Source: Gemmatimonadota bacterium (GTDB taxonomy: Bacteria; Gemmatimonadota; Gemmatimonadetes; Longimicrobiales; Gaopeijiaceae). Taken from it: a stretch of 64,000 bases of DNA. Positions 30,266 through 39,759 of this stretch are shown piece after piece. How positions within the stretch are numbered: the first letter of the stretch is position 1; each line of letters starts with the position of its first letter. The stretch is taken from NCBI GenBank assembly GCA_039589315.1, contig JBDHHQ010000002.1, positions 1-64,000 on the forward strand, in the 5' to 3' direction. The notes under the pieces were generated by a model that saw only the letters and a list, made by a program, of their open reading frames with translations, searched no databases and had not been told where the DNA came from. A program made the position numbers and the translations under genes.

Positions 30266-30688
30266 ATGCCGATCACCGTCATCGACGTTGACGGGGGCCG
30301 CGGGAACCTCATTGTGGGATCTGGATTCGTGACCAGTGACGAATACGTCGAGGCGATGCGCCACCACCTCCAGGGTGATCCAGCGCGCTTTGCGGGCTAT
30401 CTCTTCAGCCTTTCCGACTACAGCAGAGTCACACGCGTCGAGGTGGATTCTGATGCAGTCCGCCGAGTCGCCCAATGGAGCCGCGATGCCACCAAGAAGA
30501 ATCAGCATTCGGTCGTCGCCGTGAGCGCACCTCAGGACCTCATTTACGGCCTCTCGAGGATGTGGGATCTGTCGCTCGGCGAATCCCGTTGGGATACGCA
30601 GATCTTCCGGAGCCGCGAGAGTGCAGAGGCATGGATCAGAGAGCGTGTTGAGGAGGAGTTCGGTGTGACCGCCCTGAGGTTTGTCTAG
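30266..30688 (+). CDS. Hypothetical protein (possibly STAS/SpoIIAA-like fold)
   Basis: GGAGG RBS before ATG; YGLSRMW and IFRSRESAEAWI endings; lower GC than core genes. Confidence 0.55.
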   Translation: MPITVIDVDGGRGNLIVGSGFVTSDEYVEAMRHHLQGDPARFAGYLFSLSDYSRVTRVEVDSDAVRRVAQWSRDATKKNQHSVVAVSAPQDLIYGLSRMWDLSLGESRWDTQIFRSRESAEAWIRERVEEEFGVTALRFV

Positions 30689-30906
30689 CCTCTGCTCGGC
30701 CAGACTGCGAGCCGCAAGGCGAGTGATCTGGGCCTGGCAGCTACTGGACGCTCCCGGGCTCCTGGGCGACCTTTCTTGCCATGTCGCGCGCTGACGGTCA
30801 CACCGTTCGGATCCGCCGTGGCAGGAAGCGGTCTGTGCCCTATGCGCCCTGTTGACCTCACTGGCAGACAATCGGAAGTCAGTAAGTCGTTGTGTCAAAG
30901 TAGTTA

Positions 30907-30980
<74 letters not shown>

Positions 30981-30992
30981 TTCCAGCCAAGA

Positions 30993-31031
30993 CGAGTCCC
31001 GGCAGGTCTTTAGAGGGCCCGCCGGGACTCG
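30993..31031 (+). terminator. Hairpin downstream of tRNA-Arg
   Basis: CGAGTCCCGGC...GCCGGGACTCG, an 11-bp perfect stem. Confidence 0.55.
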
Positions 31032-31037
31032 CTTGTC

Positions 31038-31457
31038 AAGCACCAGCGGCTCCTACGGCTGGAAGAGACGGCCAGGGAGCAGAAGCTCGAGTTGACCGAC
31101 GAACAGATCCAGGCGCTCGAACGCTACAACCCCGAGTTTCGGGAACGGCACATCGAGGTCCACGCCACCGGTGAGCTCGTGGCCGTGGATACGTTCTACG
31201 CCGGCACCCTGAAGGGCGTCGGCAAGGTCTACATCCAGACGGTGCTGGACTGCTACAGCCGCCACGTCTGGGCCCGGCTCTACACGAGCAAGCTGCCGGT
31301 GACCGCGGTGCATGTCCTGAACAACGAGGCGCTGCCCTTCTTCGAGGAGCACGGCGTGAAGGTGCGTACGATCCTCTCCGACAACGGGCGCGAGTTCTGC
31401 GGCCGGCCCGATCGGCACCCCTACGAGCTGTTCCTGCAGCTTGAGGACATCGAGCAC
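31038..31457 (+). pseudogene. IS481-family transposase internal fragment
   Basis: KHQRLLRLE...GELVAVDTFYAGTLKGVGKVYIQTVLDCYS...ILSDNGREFCGRPDRHPYELFLQLEDIEH. It lacks the N-terminal HTH and the catalytic Glu region; codon style changes after 31457. Confidence 0.85.
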
Positions 31458-31541
31458 GCTCTTGATTCCGGGAGCCTGATACGTGTTAAGGCGCTCGGGT
31501 ATTACTGCGAGCCGTCCCCGGGTTGTCATACAGCTTCTGAG

Positions 31542-32063
31542 TTACGGACGAAACGAACTCGTGTCAGACGGGACGAGTGGAAGATGCGCAGTGCGCGACC
31601 GGAAGAAATCTGCGAATTCCGCCGATACACCTGCGTTGAGCATGCCTTCCCTCCCTTCTCGAAAGTGCCTTGTTTGCCATAACAGGTTGCGCCAGCCATA
31701 TGACTCCAACACGGTCGGATCAAGGATACCGGCCTCAACCTGCATGTAGGTGTTCTCGAGATGGGACAGGAACGCTATGTAGTAGCGTTGCAAACGTAGA
31801 GTTTCCTCAGGCGTCAGGTCGCGGCGGGTGTTTCCGGTAACCAAGACGCGGTAGAGCAACTCCACAAATCGCTCGTCGCCTTCCAAGAGCATCGCGGTGT
31901 GGGTATCAGAGATCGCTTGCAACGTCGCACCCTCCGTCGCAGCAGTGTTCTGTCGAATCTCCCACCCGACGAAGAGCAGTGAGCCAATGACTCCGAGCGC
32001 GGCGATCATCTCGCCAAACTGGAAACGCCTAGCCCAATCTGGATCCGTGCTCATCACGTCCAC
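31542..32063 (-). CDS. Hypothetical membrane-anchored protein, probable integron gene cassette
   Basis: EMIAALGVIGSLLFVGWEIRQNT N-terminal TM helix; lower GC; starts about 60 nt after an attC core; stop lies in CCGTAAC. Confidence 0.7.
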   Translation of the reverse strand: MDVMSTDPDWARRFQFGEMIAALGVIGSLLFVGWEIRQNTAATEGATLQAISDTHTAMLLEGDERFVELLYRVLVTGNTRRDLTPEETLRLQRYYIAFLSHLENTYMQVEAGILDPTVLESYGWRNLLWQTRHFREGREGMLNAGVSAEFADFFRSRTAHLPLVPSDTSSFRP

Positions 32064-32116
32064 CGATAGTTGAACGGTGCAGCCTGGCCAAACCCTGGCC
32101 GGGCCTTCGAAAAGCG

Positions 32117-32218
32117 CCCTAACGTCCTGGAATTCTGCTGCCGCACCCTCTCGACTGCGAGCGAGCGTAGCGAGCTGCTCTCAACGCTCTCGCGGACAGC
32201 AGCAATTCCTTGTTGGAC
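32117..32218 (-). mobile_element. Integron attC recombination site
   Basis: Minus strand: GTCCAAC (RYYYAAC)-AAGG-AATTGCTGCTGTCCGC...GCGGCAGCAGAATT-CCAGGAC-GTTAGGG. The arms pair with two extrahelical bases. Confidence 0.75.
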
Positions 32219-32327
32219 GGATTCGCGTACACCACGCCTCGACGATCGCGCATACCGGCACGGCATCGGCATGAGCATAGCTGACGAACACGTCATAGCT
32301 ACGGGCTTGAGCGTTCGGAGTAGCCAC
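32181..32327 (-). pseudogene. Truncated TIR-domain gene (N-terminal fragment)
   Basis: AAGGAG RBS, GTG start, MATPNAQARSYDVFVSYAHADAVPVCAIVEA. YDVFVSY is the TIR betaA motif; the frame runs into the attC and stops after 48 aa. Confidence 0.6.
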
Positions 32328-32675
32328 GCTGACAAACTCCTTCCCGAGCCGCGCTCTACAAGTCCTCGGGCAGTCAAGCCGGAGTGAAGCTGTCCGCCGA
32401 GTCTTTTGCGGTGGCGTGAGCCCCAGTCACGAGACGCACTTCTGGTTCTCGGTTCCGATGATTCTCTTTCTGTAGCCGTGGAGTTCACCACGGCTTCGGG
32501 CGATCGCTGACGTGCAAGTACTTGCGGCACTCCTCCGTTGTCAGCGAGCGGGTTACCCGCTGACGAGCCCTCTCCTTCAAGAGCTCGAGTCCAAGCGCGT
32601 ATGCCTTCGCCGTTTCAGGTCCCGCGGTGGCTAGGCGCTCACTATCTGGGCCGAACGCCACGTGAAAGACACCGC

Positions 32676-32697
32676 GGTTCGAATCCCACCCCCTCCG
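32676..32697 (+). other. tRNA 3'-end fragment (tRNA-Ser-like), possible att scar
   Basis: GGTTCGAATCCCACCCCCTCCG is a T-arm plus acceptor 3' strand; no intact 5' half; followed by a GC-rich imperfect hairpin. Confidence 0.55.
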
Positions 32698-32833
32698 TTA
32701 GCGATGAGGCCGAAAGGGCAGCCCTTCTCCGGGGTCGCCCATCTCGTCTCTTCCTCGGTGTGCGTCGGGAATGAGGGCACGCGCCGACCCCGGACCAAGC
32801 CCGATCACGCCGACGCAATCGTGCGCCGCCTCA

Positions 32834-35710
32834 CTAGTGCACCGGCCCGAGGTAGCGGTCGAGCCAATCGACGCTCTCTCGGATGAGTTGATTTCGGTGG
32901 GTGGCCATGATCGAGTGATTGGCGTCGAACACCACATGGCGCTTGTCCGCATCCGGGGTCCCCAACAGCTCGAAAAGGACCTTCTGGGACGACTCGAGCG
33001 GGAAGATGAGGTCCTCTGCCCCATTGATCATGAGCGCCGGAATCGCGACCCGCGGCGCGAAGTTGAAGGGGTCCACCTCCGGGAGTTGATGGGCTCGGAG
33101 CAGTCCTCCGGAACGAAGGACGGCGGCCTTGATCCGTGGCTCCACAGACAGCAGGATGGACGCCCTCCTGCCGCCCCAGCTGAACCCGAAGTAAGCGAGC
33201 TTGTCGGCCTGAATGTCGGGGCGCGTCTCCAAGTAGTCGAGCGCCCGCCGGCCGTCCTTCACCACGCGAATCATCCAGTCGCGGAAGGCCTGCGTCTCGT
33301 CTGGGAAGCTCAGCACACGACCCTTGTTGCGCTCGAAGGTCTCGTCGTAGACGGGGAAGAGCACGGCACGCCCGCTCATGACCAGGAAGTCGATGCCGGT
33401 GAGCGGATAGTCGTCGAACGACTGGGCGTTGAGGCTGCCCGAACCGGGGTGGTAAAGGACTGCCTGGTACGGTGCCTCCACGCCCCGCGGGAGAAACAGG
33501 TGCATCGGCATCCGTTCGTCACCGTATGCGGTCCTGATCGTGATTCGCTCGCGTGTCCAGTGCTCCGAGCCGTCGTCGACGGGTTCCGACAGCCCCTCCA
33601 GGTCTGTAGCGTCGTAGGCGTATTGGGCGCGGTAGATCTCGAAGATCTCGTCGGATACGGGGACTTCCGTCGCGTAGTCGCGCGTGAGCGGCTCCAGCGT
33701 CGTCATGAACTCGGAGACGGCGGCCTCGTCCTCGTAGCGGGCGCAGCGGAACCCGATCGCAGGCGATCGGTGCCAAGGGGACCGTGAGTCGATCTGGAAG
33801 AACTTGTAGGAGGTGTCGTCCCACGCCCCTCCGAGCACGTAACGATCCTCGCCCACACCTGTCTCGTTGAACGCCCACTCGGCCGCGTTGCCGGCCACGT
33901 CGTAGGCGCCGTACTGGCTCATGCCGGCGTGGGCCCCGACCGGAGCCAGACCGCCCTCGTAGTTGCTGAGCGCGATAATCTGGGTCGCCATGTCCGGCGA
34001 CGCCGCCGTGGTCCAGTGAGCGACCGTGGGCAGGCTCTTTCCGGCGAAGGACGCGTAGGCGGTTGCTTCATACCAACTGACCCCGGTTACCGGATAGTCG
34101 TCCTGCCCGGACGGATAGAGGCCGCCCTGCCAGGTCGACGGACCGGGTCGCCCGGTAGCGTCCCGGAACTCGGTCATGGCTTCGACCCAGTTGAGCGTCC
34201 GGCCGTCTCGCACGAACTCGTGGTGCCAATACTGGGGGTCTTCATATCCGCCGGCGTCGACGAAATCCTTGAACGCCCGGTGCGTGACCTCGTAGCGGTC
34301 GATCTCGTAGCCGGGCGCCGGTAGGAACAGCATGCCGTTGAGTCCGTTCAGGCGCGTGTGCAACCGCCGCGCCGGGACACGTACCATGCCGGGCGTGGCC
34401 GTTCCCTCGCGAGAGAGGATGATCCGATCGGTCGGCAGCAGCGCCCGCTCGACCGACCCGAATCCGGCCTTCTCCACTCTCAGCCGCAGGGTGCCCCGGG
34501 GGACCCGTGCGTCCCGGATCGGCGTTGCCCCCAGCAGGGTCCAATCGGAATCGGGGGATCCGTACGGCTGAATGAGGACGTCTGCCCCGGCAGGCTCGGT
34601 CTCGATGGAGGCGATGGCCGAGATGCGGGGCCACAGGCTGGCCAGAATCAGATCGTCGGGGGTATGGCGCTCCGCCTCTTCGGCCAGCGCGAAGGCCTGG
34701 GCGTAGTCGTCCTGCTCTGCCAAGCGCAGGGCTTCGGGAATGGCCACCGTTCGGGCCCACCGCGCGTCGGCGGCCCGGTTGAACGCCCTGAGCCCTCCGG
34801 CGATCAGGACCGTCAGGATGGCGGCCGTGCCGAGGGCGACCTTGGGGCGCTTCAGGACTCGGATGAGCGATGGCCGAGGGCTGGCCGTTGCACTAGTGCC
34901 GTCTCTCGAACGGACGAGCTCGAGAGCCAAGTCGCCAGCGGATGCGAACCGCGCCTCGGGTCCCTTCTGGAGCGCGCGATCGACGATCGAGGCGACTTCC
35001 GGCGGAACATCCCCGCGCAGCTCACCGAGTGGCTGGGGCGTCTGCGTCTGGATGGCGCTCATCACTACCGCCGGATGCTCTCCTGGGAAGGGCAACTCTC
35101 CACTGAGCATCTCGTACAGGGTCACACCGAGCGCCCAGATGTCGGAACGGTGGTCGACGCGCTCGCCGCGTGTCTGCTCCGGCGACATGTAGGACGTCGT
35201 GCCCACGGTCGATCCGACGCGTGTCAGGCCCGTCTGTCCATGAAGCTTGGCGATCCCGAAGTCGACGATCTTCACGAGGTCGTCGCCGGTGATCATCACG
35301 TTGGCGGGCTTGATGTCACGATGGACGATGCCCGAGTCGTGAGCGCGGGCGAGGCCCTGCGCCACTTGCGCGGCGATGTCGAGTGCAGCGCCGACGGACA
35401 GAGGGCCGCCCTGGAGGCGGGACTTCAACGTTCCGCCGTCATAGTATGCCATGGCGATGAACAGCTGTCCGTCCTCGATCTCGTCGATGTCGAAAATCGT
35501 GCAGATGTTCGGATGATCCAGAGCCGAAGCGGCTTCGGCCTCCTGCATGAAGCGCTGCTTGGCCTCGTCGTCGCGGGTGAGATCTTGAGGTAGGAACTTG
35601 AGTGCGACCGTGCGCTTCAGGCGGGTATCCGTCGCCCGGTACACCACCCCCATGCCGCCCCCTCCGAGCTTCTCGTGCACCTGGTAGTGAGAAAGGGTCC
35701 GGCCTTCCAT
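32834..35710 (-). CDS. Ser/Thr protein kinase fused to FGE-sulfatase-like and alpha/beta-hydrolase domains
   Basis: Kinase motifs LGGGGMGVVY, VALKF, HRDIKPAN, DFG, YMSPE; TM segment; FGE-like YEVT, PVTGVSWYEA, GNAAEW, GFRC; hydrolase GFSWGG, GAED, NH. Confidence 0.9.
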   Translation of the reverse strand: MEGRTLSHYQVHEKLGGGGMGVVYRATDTRLKRTVALKFLPQDLTRDDEAKQRFMQEAEAASALDHPNICTIFDIDEIEDGQLFIAMAYYDGGTLKSRLQGGPLSVGAALDIAAQVAQGLARAHDSGIVHRDIKPANVMITGDDLVKIVDFGIAKLHGQTGLTRVGSTVGTTSYMSPEQTRGERVDHRSDIWALGVTLYEMLSGELPFPGEHPAVVMSAIQTQTPQPLGELRGDVPPEVASIVDRALQKGPEARFASAGDLALELVRSRDGTSATASPRPSLIRVLKRPKVALGTAAILTVLIAGGLRAFNRAADARWARTVAIPEALRLAEQDDYAQAFALAEEAERHTPDDLILASLWPRISAIASIETEPAGADVLIQPYGSPDSDWTLLGATPIRDARVPRGTLRLRVEKAGFGSVERALLPTDRIILSREGTATPGMVRVPARRLHTRLNGLNGMLFLPAPGYEIDRYEVTHRAFKDFVDAGGYEDPQYWHHEFVRDGRTLNWVEAMTEFRDATGRPGPSTWQGGLYPSGQDDYPVTGVSWYEATAYASFAGKSLPTVAHWTTAASPDMATQIIALSNYEGGLAPVGAHAGMSQYGAYDVAGNAAEWAFNETGVGEDRYVLGGAWDDTSYKFFQIDSRSPWHRSPAIGFRCARYEDEAAVSEFMTTLEPLTRDYATEVPVSDEIFEIYRAQYAYDATDLEGLSEPVDDGSEHWTRERITIRTAYGDERMPMHLFLPRGVEAPYQAVLYHPGSGSLNAQSFDDYPLTGIDFLVMSGRAVLFPVYDETFERNKGRVLSFPDETQAFRDWMIRVVKDGRRALDYLETRPDIQADKLAYFGFSWGGRRASILLSVEPRIKAAVLRSGGLLRAHQLPEVDPFNFAPRVAIPALMINGAEDLIFPLESSQKVLFELLGTPDADKRHVVFDANHSIMATHRNQLIRESVDWLDRYLGPVH

Positions 35711-35994
35711 CCGAGCTCCGAGGGTTCCTTGACGAGTTTGGCTTGGGACACCACGACGGCTGGTGAAAGGGCGTGGGATCATTCAGGTGACCCACGTCTG
35801 TCGCTTCGAAAGTGCGTGCGGGGACCGAGCCCATGCAAGAAGGCTCCAAGGCGTCCGAACGAGAACGAGCCATCGAACTGGCGCGTGACCGATTCCAGCT
35901 CCGGCAGCGCAAGGAGCTCGTCCAGGAACGGGACCTGGTACAGCCGAGCGAGTCCCGGCGCGTGTGCTTGGTGCGCCGCCTCGACCAACCCGAT

Positions 35995-36391
35995 ACTCCC
36001 CTACGATCCCATCCCCCTGGACCCGGCATTGGTCGACTTGGCGGCTGAAGCCATCGGCGAACGATATCGTGACACGCCCATGCCCAACGCCCCGAGACCC
36101 GAGCGGGTCGCCTCGGCAGCCCGAGAGGCCATGAGCGTCCCTTCGTATCACCCGCCTATCACCGACGTGGTTCTAGGTCGCGACGGGAGCGTCTGGCTTC
36201 AGCGAGAGCCGGTGGGTGACCATCACACCTGGGTGGGGATCGACGCAGAAGGCCGGGTACTGGGCACGGTTGAAATACCGGCTGATGTGAAGGTGCTGGC
36301 CGCCAGAGCCGACTTTCTGATGACCGTCGAGCTGGATGCGATGGACGTTCCCTCAATAGTCCGATATGGGTTGGCAGCGGGCGAGAGGTAA
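35995..36391 (+). pseudogene. C-terminal fragment of a 6-bladed beta-propeller-type protein
   Basis: PSYHPPITDVVLGRDGSVWL...DAEGRVLGTVEIP...DAMDVPSIVRY resembles that family's C-terminus; no credible N-terminus. Left boundary approximate. Confidence 0.55.
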
Positions 36392-36529
36392 CGGAGCGAC
36401 GACTTGGTCCTCGCTGCTCGCCTCCTCGGCACCGGCATGGGCTCGACGATTCACTCGGCAATCAACGGCCGGGCCAACCCTGAGCGGCACAGAAATCGGT
36501 GAACACAGGGGGCTTAGAATCTCGACCGG

Positions 36530-37573
36530 GTGTTGATAGATCCCGGAAATGAGCGTAATCATTGTGGTCTTGAAGCCGACCGAGTCCGGTTCTCGACAGT
36601 CTTTCCTACGTGCGGGAGCTCATCTGGGGCACCTGGCGCCAGGTTCCACACACCGAGTGCGGCTACTGAAACCCGGTTTCGACAGGCTCCGCTACGTCGG
36701 GAGCGGCGGGTCATCGGGCTCTGTGAAGACACGACCGGCGGCTGGTGGAGGAGTGAGATGAGGTCCGGGTCGCGCGTCCGGCTGACAGCAGAGGGCGCCC
36801 TCATCCTGAGCACAGGGCGCGGGTCCGAATTCGGGTTGGATACGCCCCCGAGGCTCTGGCGTCACGGTGTTCCCGGGCACGGGCACTTCCTGGCCGGCTA
36901 CGAGACTGTCTATGACCTCGCTGTGCTCCACGGCGACGTCGCCGCGCTGCATGAGGGGTCCACGGCCGGCCACATGCTCGAGTGGGGTCCGTTCGAAGGC
37001 AGGCTCACCGGGCGCGAAGTGACAAGCGACGCGGGCCGGGTCGGGCTGACCAGCCAGCGCGTCTTCATCGGCAGCCATTCAGGGAGCCTGGAGACCCTCG
37101 ATGACGAGACCCGCTTTGAAGGCGTGATCGACTTCGCGTGCGCGGCGGACGCTGCGCTCGTCAGCCTGGGAGACACCCTGCTGGTGCTAACAGGAGACGG
37201 GCGGGTCGACGACGAGATCGCGCCAGGAATCGGCGAGGTGAGCGCCGTCGACGTCGACAGCGTTGCCGGCGGATGGCTGCTCGGCTCGGCTCGGGGGGTC
37301 TTCCACCTGCACGAAGGCGCGCTCGGCCAGCTCGCGCCGGCGCTCGAAGGCGCCCCCCGGAAGGTGCGACGCGGCGAGCGCGCCGTCTGGGCGAGGGTCG
37401 GCAACGCGCTGATCCGCGCGACGCCGGGCGCAACCGAGACTAAGCGCGACTTGAGCAGCAACGCCTGGTACTGGGATGACTTCGACGCCAACGTACACGG
37501 TGCCGTCTTGCTCGACGTCTATAACAGCGGCGGCCTGATCTCCCTTGACGAAGCCGAGGGTGACCTCGGCTGA
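36530..37573 (+). CDS. Hypothetical beta-rich protein, 5' end uncertain or degraded
   Basis: The 3' two-thirds shows coding-like codon bias; no recognisable motif. Confidence 0.4.
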   Translation: MLIDPGNERNHCGLEADRVRFSTVFPTCGSSSGAPGARFHTPSAATETRFRQAPLRRERRVIGLCEDTTGGWWRSEMRSGSRVRLTAEGALILSTGRGSEFGLDTPPRLWRHGVPGHGHFLAGYETVYDLAVLHGDVAALHEGSTAGHMLEWGPFEGRLTGREVTSDAGRVGLTSQRVFIGSHSGSLETLDDETRFEGVIDFACAADAALVSLGDTLLVLTGDGRVDDEIAPGIGEVSAVDVDSVAGGWLLGSARGVFHLHEGALGQLAPALEGAPRKVRRGERAVWARVGNALIRATPGATETKRDLSSNAWYWDDFDANVHGAVLLDVYNSGGLISLDEAEGDLG

Positions 37574-37961
37574 AAACCACCGCGGAGAGGCCACGTGCGT
37601 GTTCGGACGTCGGAGCGTGCTGCGCTCTTCGAGCCGGTCGAACTCAAGGAATGGCCCGAGCGAGCTACCGCGGAAACGGGCGGCCCGTCGGTGCCGCATC
37701 CCTCTGCCACCCAAACGCGTCTGAGCCTCGCCCTGAAGGAGGCTAGCGCTGGGCAGTGGCAGGCTCGTCCGGACTGCTGAGCTCCGGCCCCGTGCCCCGA
37801 CTCTCGCAACGCTTTGGCCCACGTTTCCACGAATGGCTTCGTAGCGAAGCGCAGCGTCAGGCCGAACGTGAAGCCCCATCCACTCGCCTGAGTGCGTGCC
37901 AACACGGAGATCGGCTGTGAATTACCCGAGAGAAATCGAGTACCAATGGTCGCGCCCTGGC

Positions 37962-39599
37962 ATGGTCGGGCCGTTCGTCGTCCTCTTGGCGGGACTGTTC
38001 GTGGGTGTAGCCGGCCTCGGCGCCCAGGAGGAGACTCGGCGCTTCGGCGACCTTGCCGAAGGGCCCTACGACCGCCTCGTCATCCGCAACGTGATGGTGA
38101 TCCCCGGCCACGGCGGGCCACCCACGGGCCCCCACGACATTCTCATCGAGGGCGACCGCATCGCTGAAATGCGGTCCTTCGATGCGGTGGCCGCAGAGGC
38201 CGCGGTCCGGCGGGGCGAGACGGTGGAGCGCTGGACCGGAGACCGGGTCATCGAGGGGGACGGCATGTACGTCATGCCCGGGATCATCGACCTGCACACG
38301 CACGTGCGGCAGGACCCGTTGCCCATGGAGTGGTTCTACTACCTGAAGCTGGCGCATGGTGTCACCACGGTTTCCCCATACGCCGACCGGGGATGGGCCC
38401 ACTCGCTGGAGCAGGGGAGGCTCAGCGACAGCAATCAGATCCTGGCGCCCCGGTGGTACCATAACTGGGACTGGGGCTGGGGTACGGAACACGACCGAGC
38501 GTTCCTGGAAGATCCCGCCAACGCGGCCCGGATCGCCCAGGAGATGTGGGAGCTGGTCCACCGCGACGGAGGTGAGCTCTCGAATCTGATGGTCTCCCTC
38601 CACGCCCGCGGGTGGAGCCAGGAGCTCGTGGGCGCCATCGCCACGGGTATGACCGAAGCCGGAGGCACCACGACCTTCCACATGCCCCCATCGACCAACG
38701 CGGTCACCGACGCAGTGGACGCCGCCCGGCTCGGTGTGACGTTCCTGGAGCACCACTACGCGTTCGCCGAATCCGCGCTGCCCCGCAGGGTGCAGGACTT
38801 CCCGCGCGACTACGACTACGACAACGAGAACCACCGCTTCCGGGGAGCGGGACAGGTGTGGGTCGAGGCGGGCACCAACCCGGAGAGCCGGGCGCGCCTC
38901 CTGAACGAGGTGGCCGACTCGCTGGTCCACTATGGAGCCGTACTACTGCCGACCCGCGTCGTCTACGAGGCGAACCGGGACATCCTACGAGCCATGAGCC
39001 TGCCGTGGCATGAGAAGTACACTCATCAGGCATTGATCGGGTGGAGCCTCCCCAACGCCTCGTACCACGGGTCGTACCACTACGACTGGACCTCGGACGA
39101 CGAGTACTACTGGACCTATGCCTTCGACCTCTGGAGCGAGCTCATCTACGAGGTGAACCGGCGCGGAGGCCGTGTGGCCTACGGCACCGACGACAACTAC
39201 ATCTGGGCCACGCCCGGCTTCTCCAACGTGAGAGAGCTCCAACTCCTGCGCGAAACGGGCATGCACAACCTGGAGGTGCTGAAGGCGGCCACGTACACCG
39301 GCGCCCGAACGGCTCGCCTCCCGGGCTTGGGATTGGTGCGACCCGGGTACGTCGCGGACCTCGTGCTGGTGGACGGCAACCCGGCCTTCAACCTCCGGTT
39401 CCTCTATTCCTTCGGAGCGCTGCGCCTCGACGAGGCGGGCGAGATGGTGCGAACCCGGGGCATCGTCCACACGATCAAGGACGGGATCGTCATCGAAAAC
39501 TCCCATCTCATGCGCGAAGTCGAGCGGATGGTGGCGGAGTCCAAGGAGGGAGTGGCTCGATTCAACGCCATGACCGGGCCTTTCGTACCTGGACGTTGA
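37962..39599 (+). CDS. Amidohydrolase family protein (secreted)
   Basis: Signal peptide, MPGIIDLHTH (HxH), YGTD, GYVADLVLVDGNP motifs; start uncertain (37896-37962). Confidence 0.85.
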   Translation: MVGPFVVLLAGLFVGVAGLGAQEETRRFGDLAEGPYDRLVIRNVMVIPGHGGPPTGPHDILIEGDRIAEMRSFDAVAAEAAVRRGETVERWTGDRVIEGDGMYVMPGIIDLHTHVRQDPLPMEWFYYLKLAHGVTTVSPYADRGWAHSLEQGRLSDSNQILAPRWYHNWDWGWGTEHDRAFLEDPANAARIAQEMWELVHRDGGELSNLMVSLHARGWSQELVGAIATGMTEAGGTTTFHMPPSTNAVTDAVDAARLGVTFLEHHYAFAESALPRRVQDFPRDYDYDNENHRFRGAGQVWVEAGTNPESRARLLNEVADSLVHYGAVLLPTRVVYEANRDILRAMSLPWHEKYTHQALIGWSLPNASYHGSYHYDWTSDDEYYWTYAFDLWSELIYEVNRRGGRVAYGTDDNYIWATPGFSNVRELQLLRETGMHNLEVLKAATYTGARTARLPGLGLVRPGYVADLVLVDGNPAFNLRFLYSFGALRLDEAGEMVRTRGIVHTIKDGIVIENSHLMREVERMVAESKEGVARFNAMTGPFVPGR

Positions 39600-39759
39600 C
39601 GAGGGTGCGCCCAGGTCCAGCCGTGCGAGAGGGCGGCTTCCGATGTGCAGCTACTCGTCGAACGACCCCCAGCGAACGACCGGTCCCGACCCATCCTCGC
39701 CCCGCTCCGCTCGGCCGCCGGTCCGACCGTCCATCACCAACGCGAGGATCTGACTACGC

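Noticed and set aside
31092..31682. Intact 196-aa transposase or active IS
   Set aside because: Similarity ends at LEDIEH (about 31457); the rest is read-through antisense to the next gene. No HTH, catalytic Glu or terminal repeats were seen.
32610..32697. Complete tRNA-Ser
   Set aside because: No 5' acceptor strand complementary to CCCCTCC and no anticodon stem; only the 3' fragment is kept as a feature.
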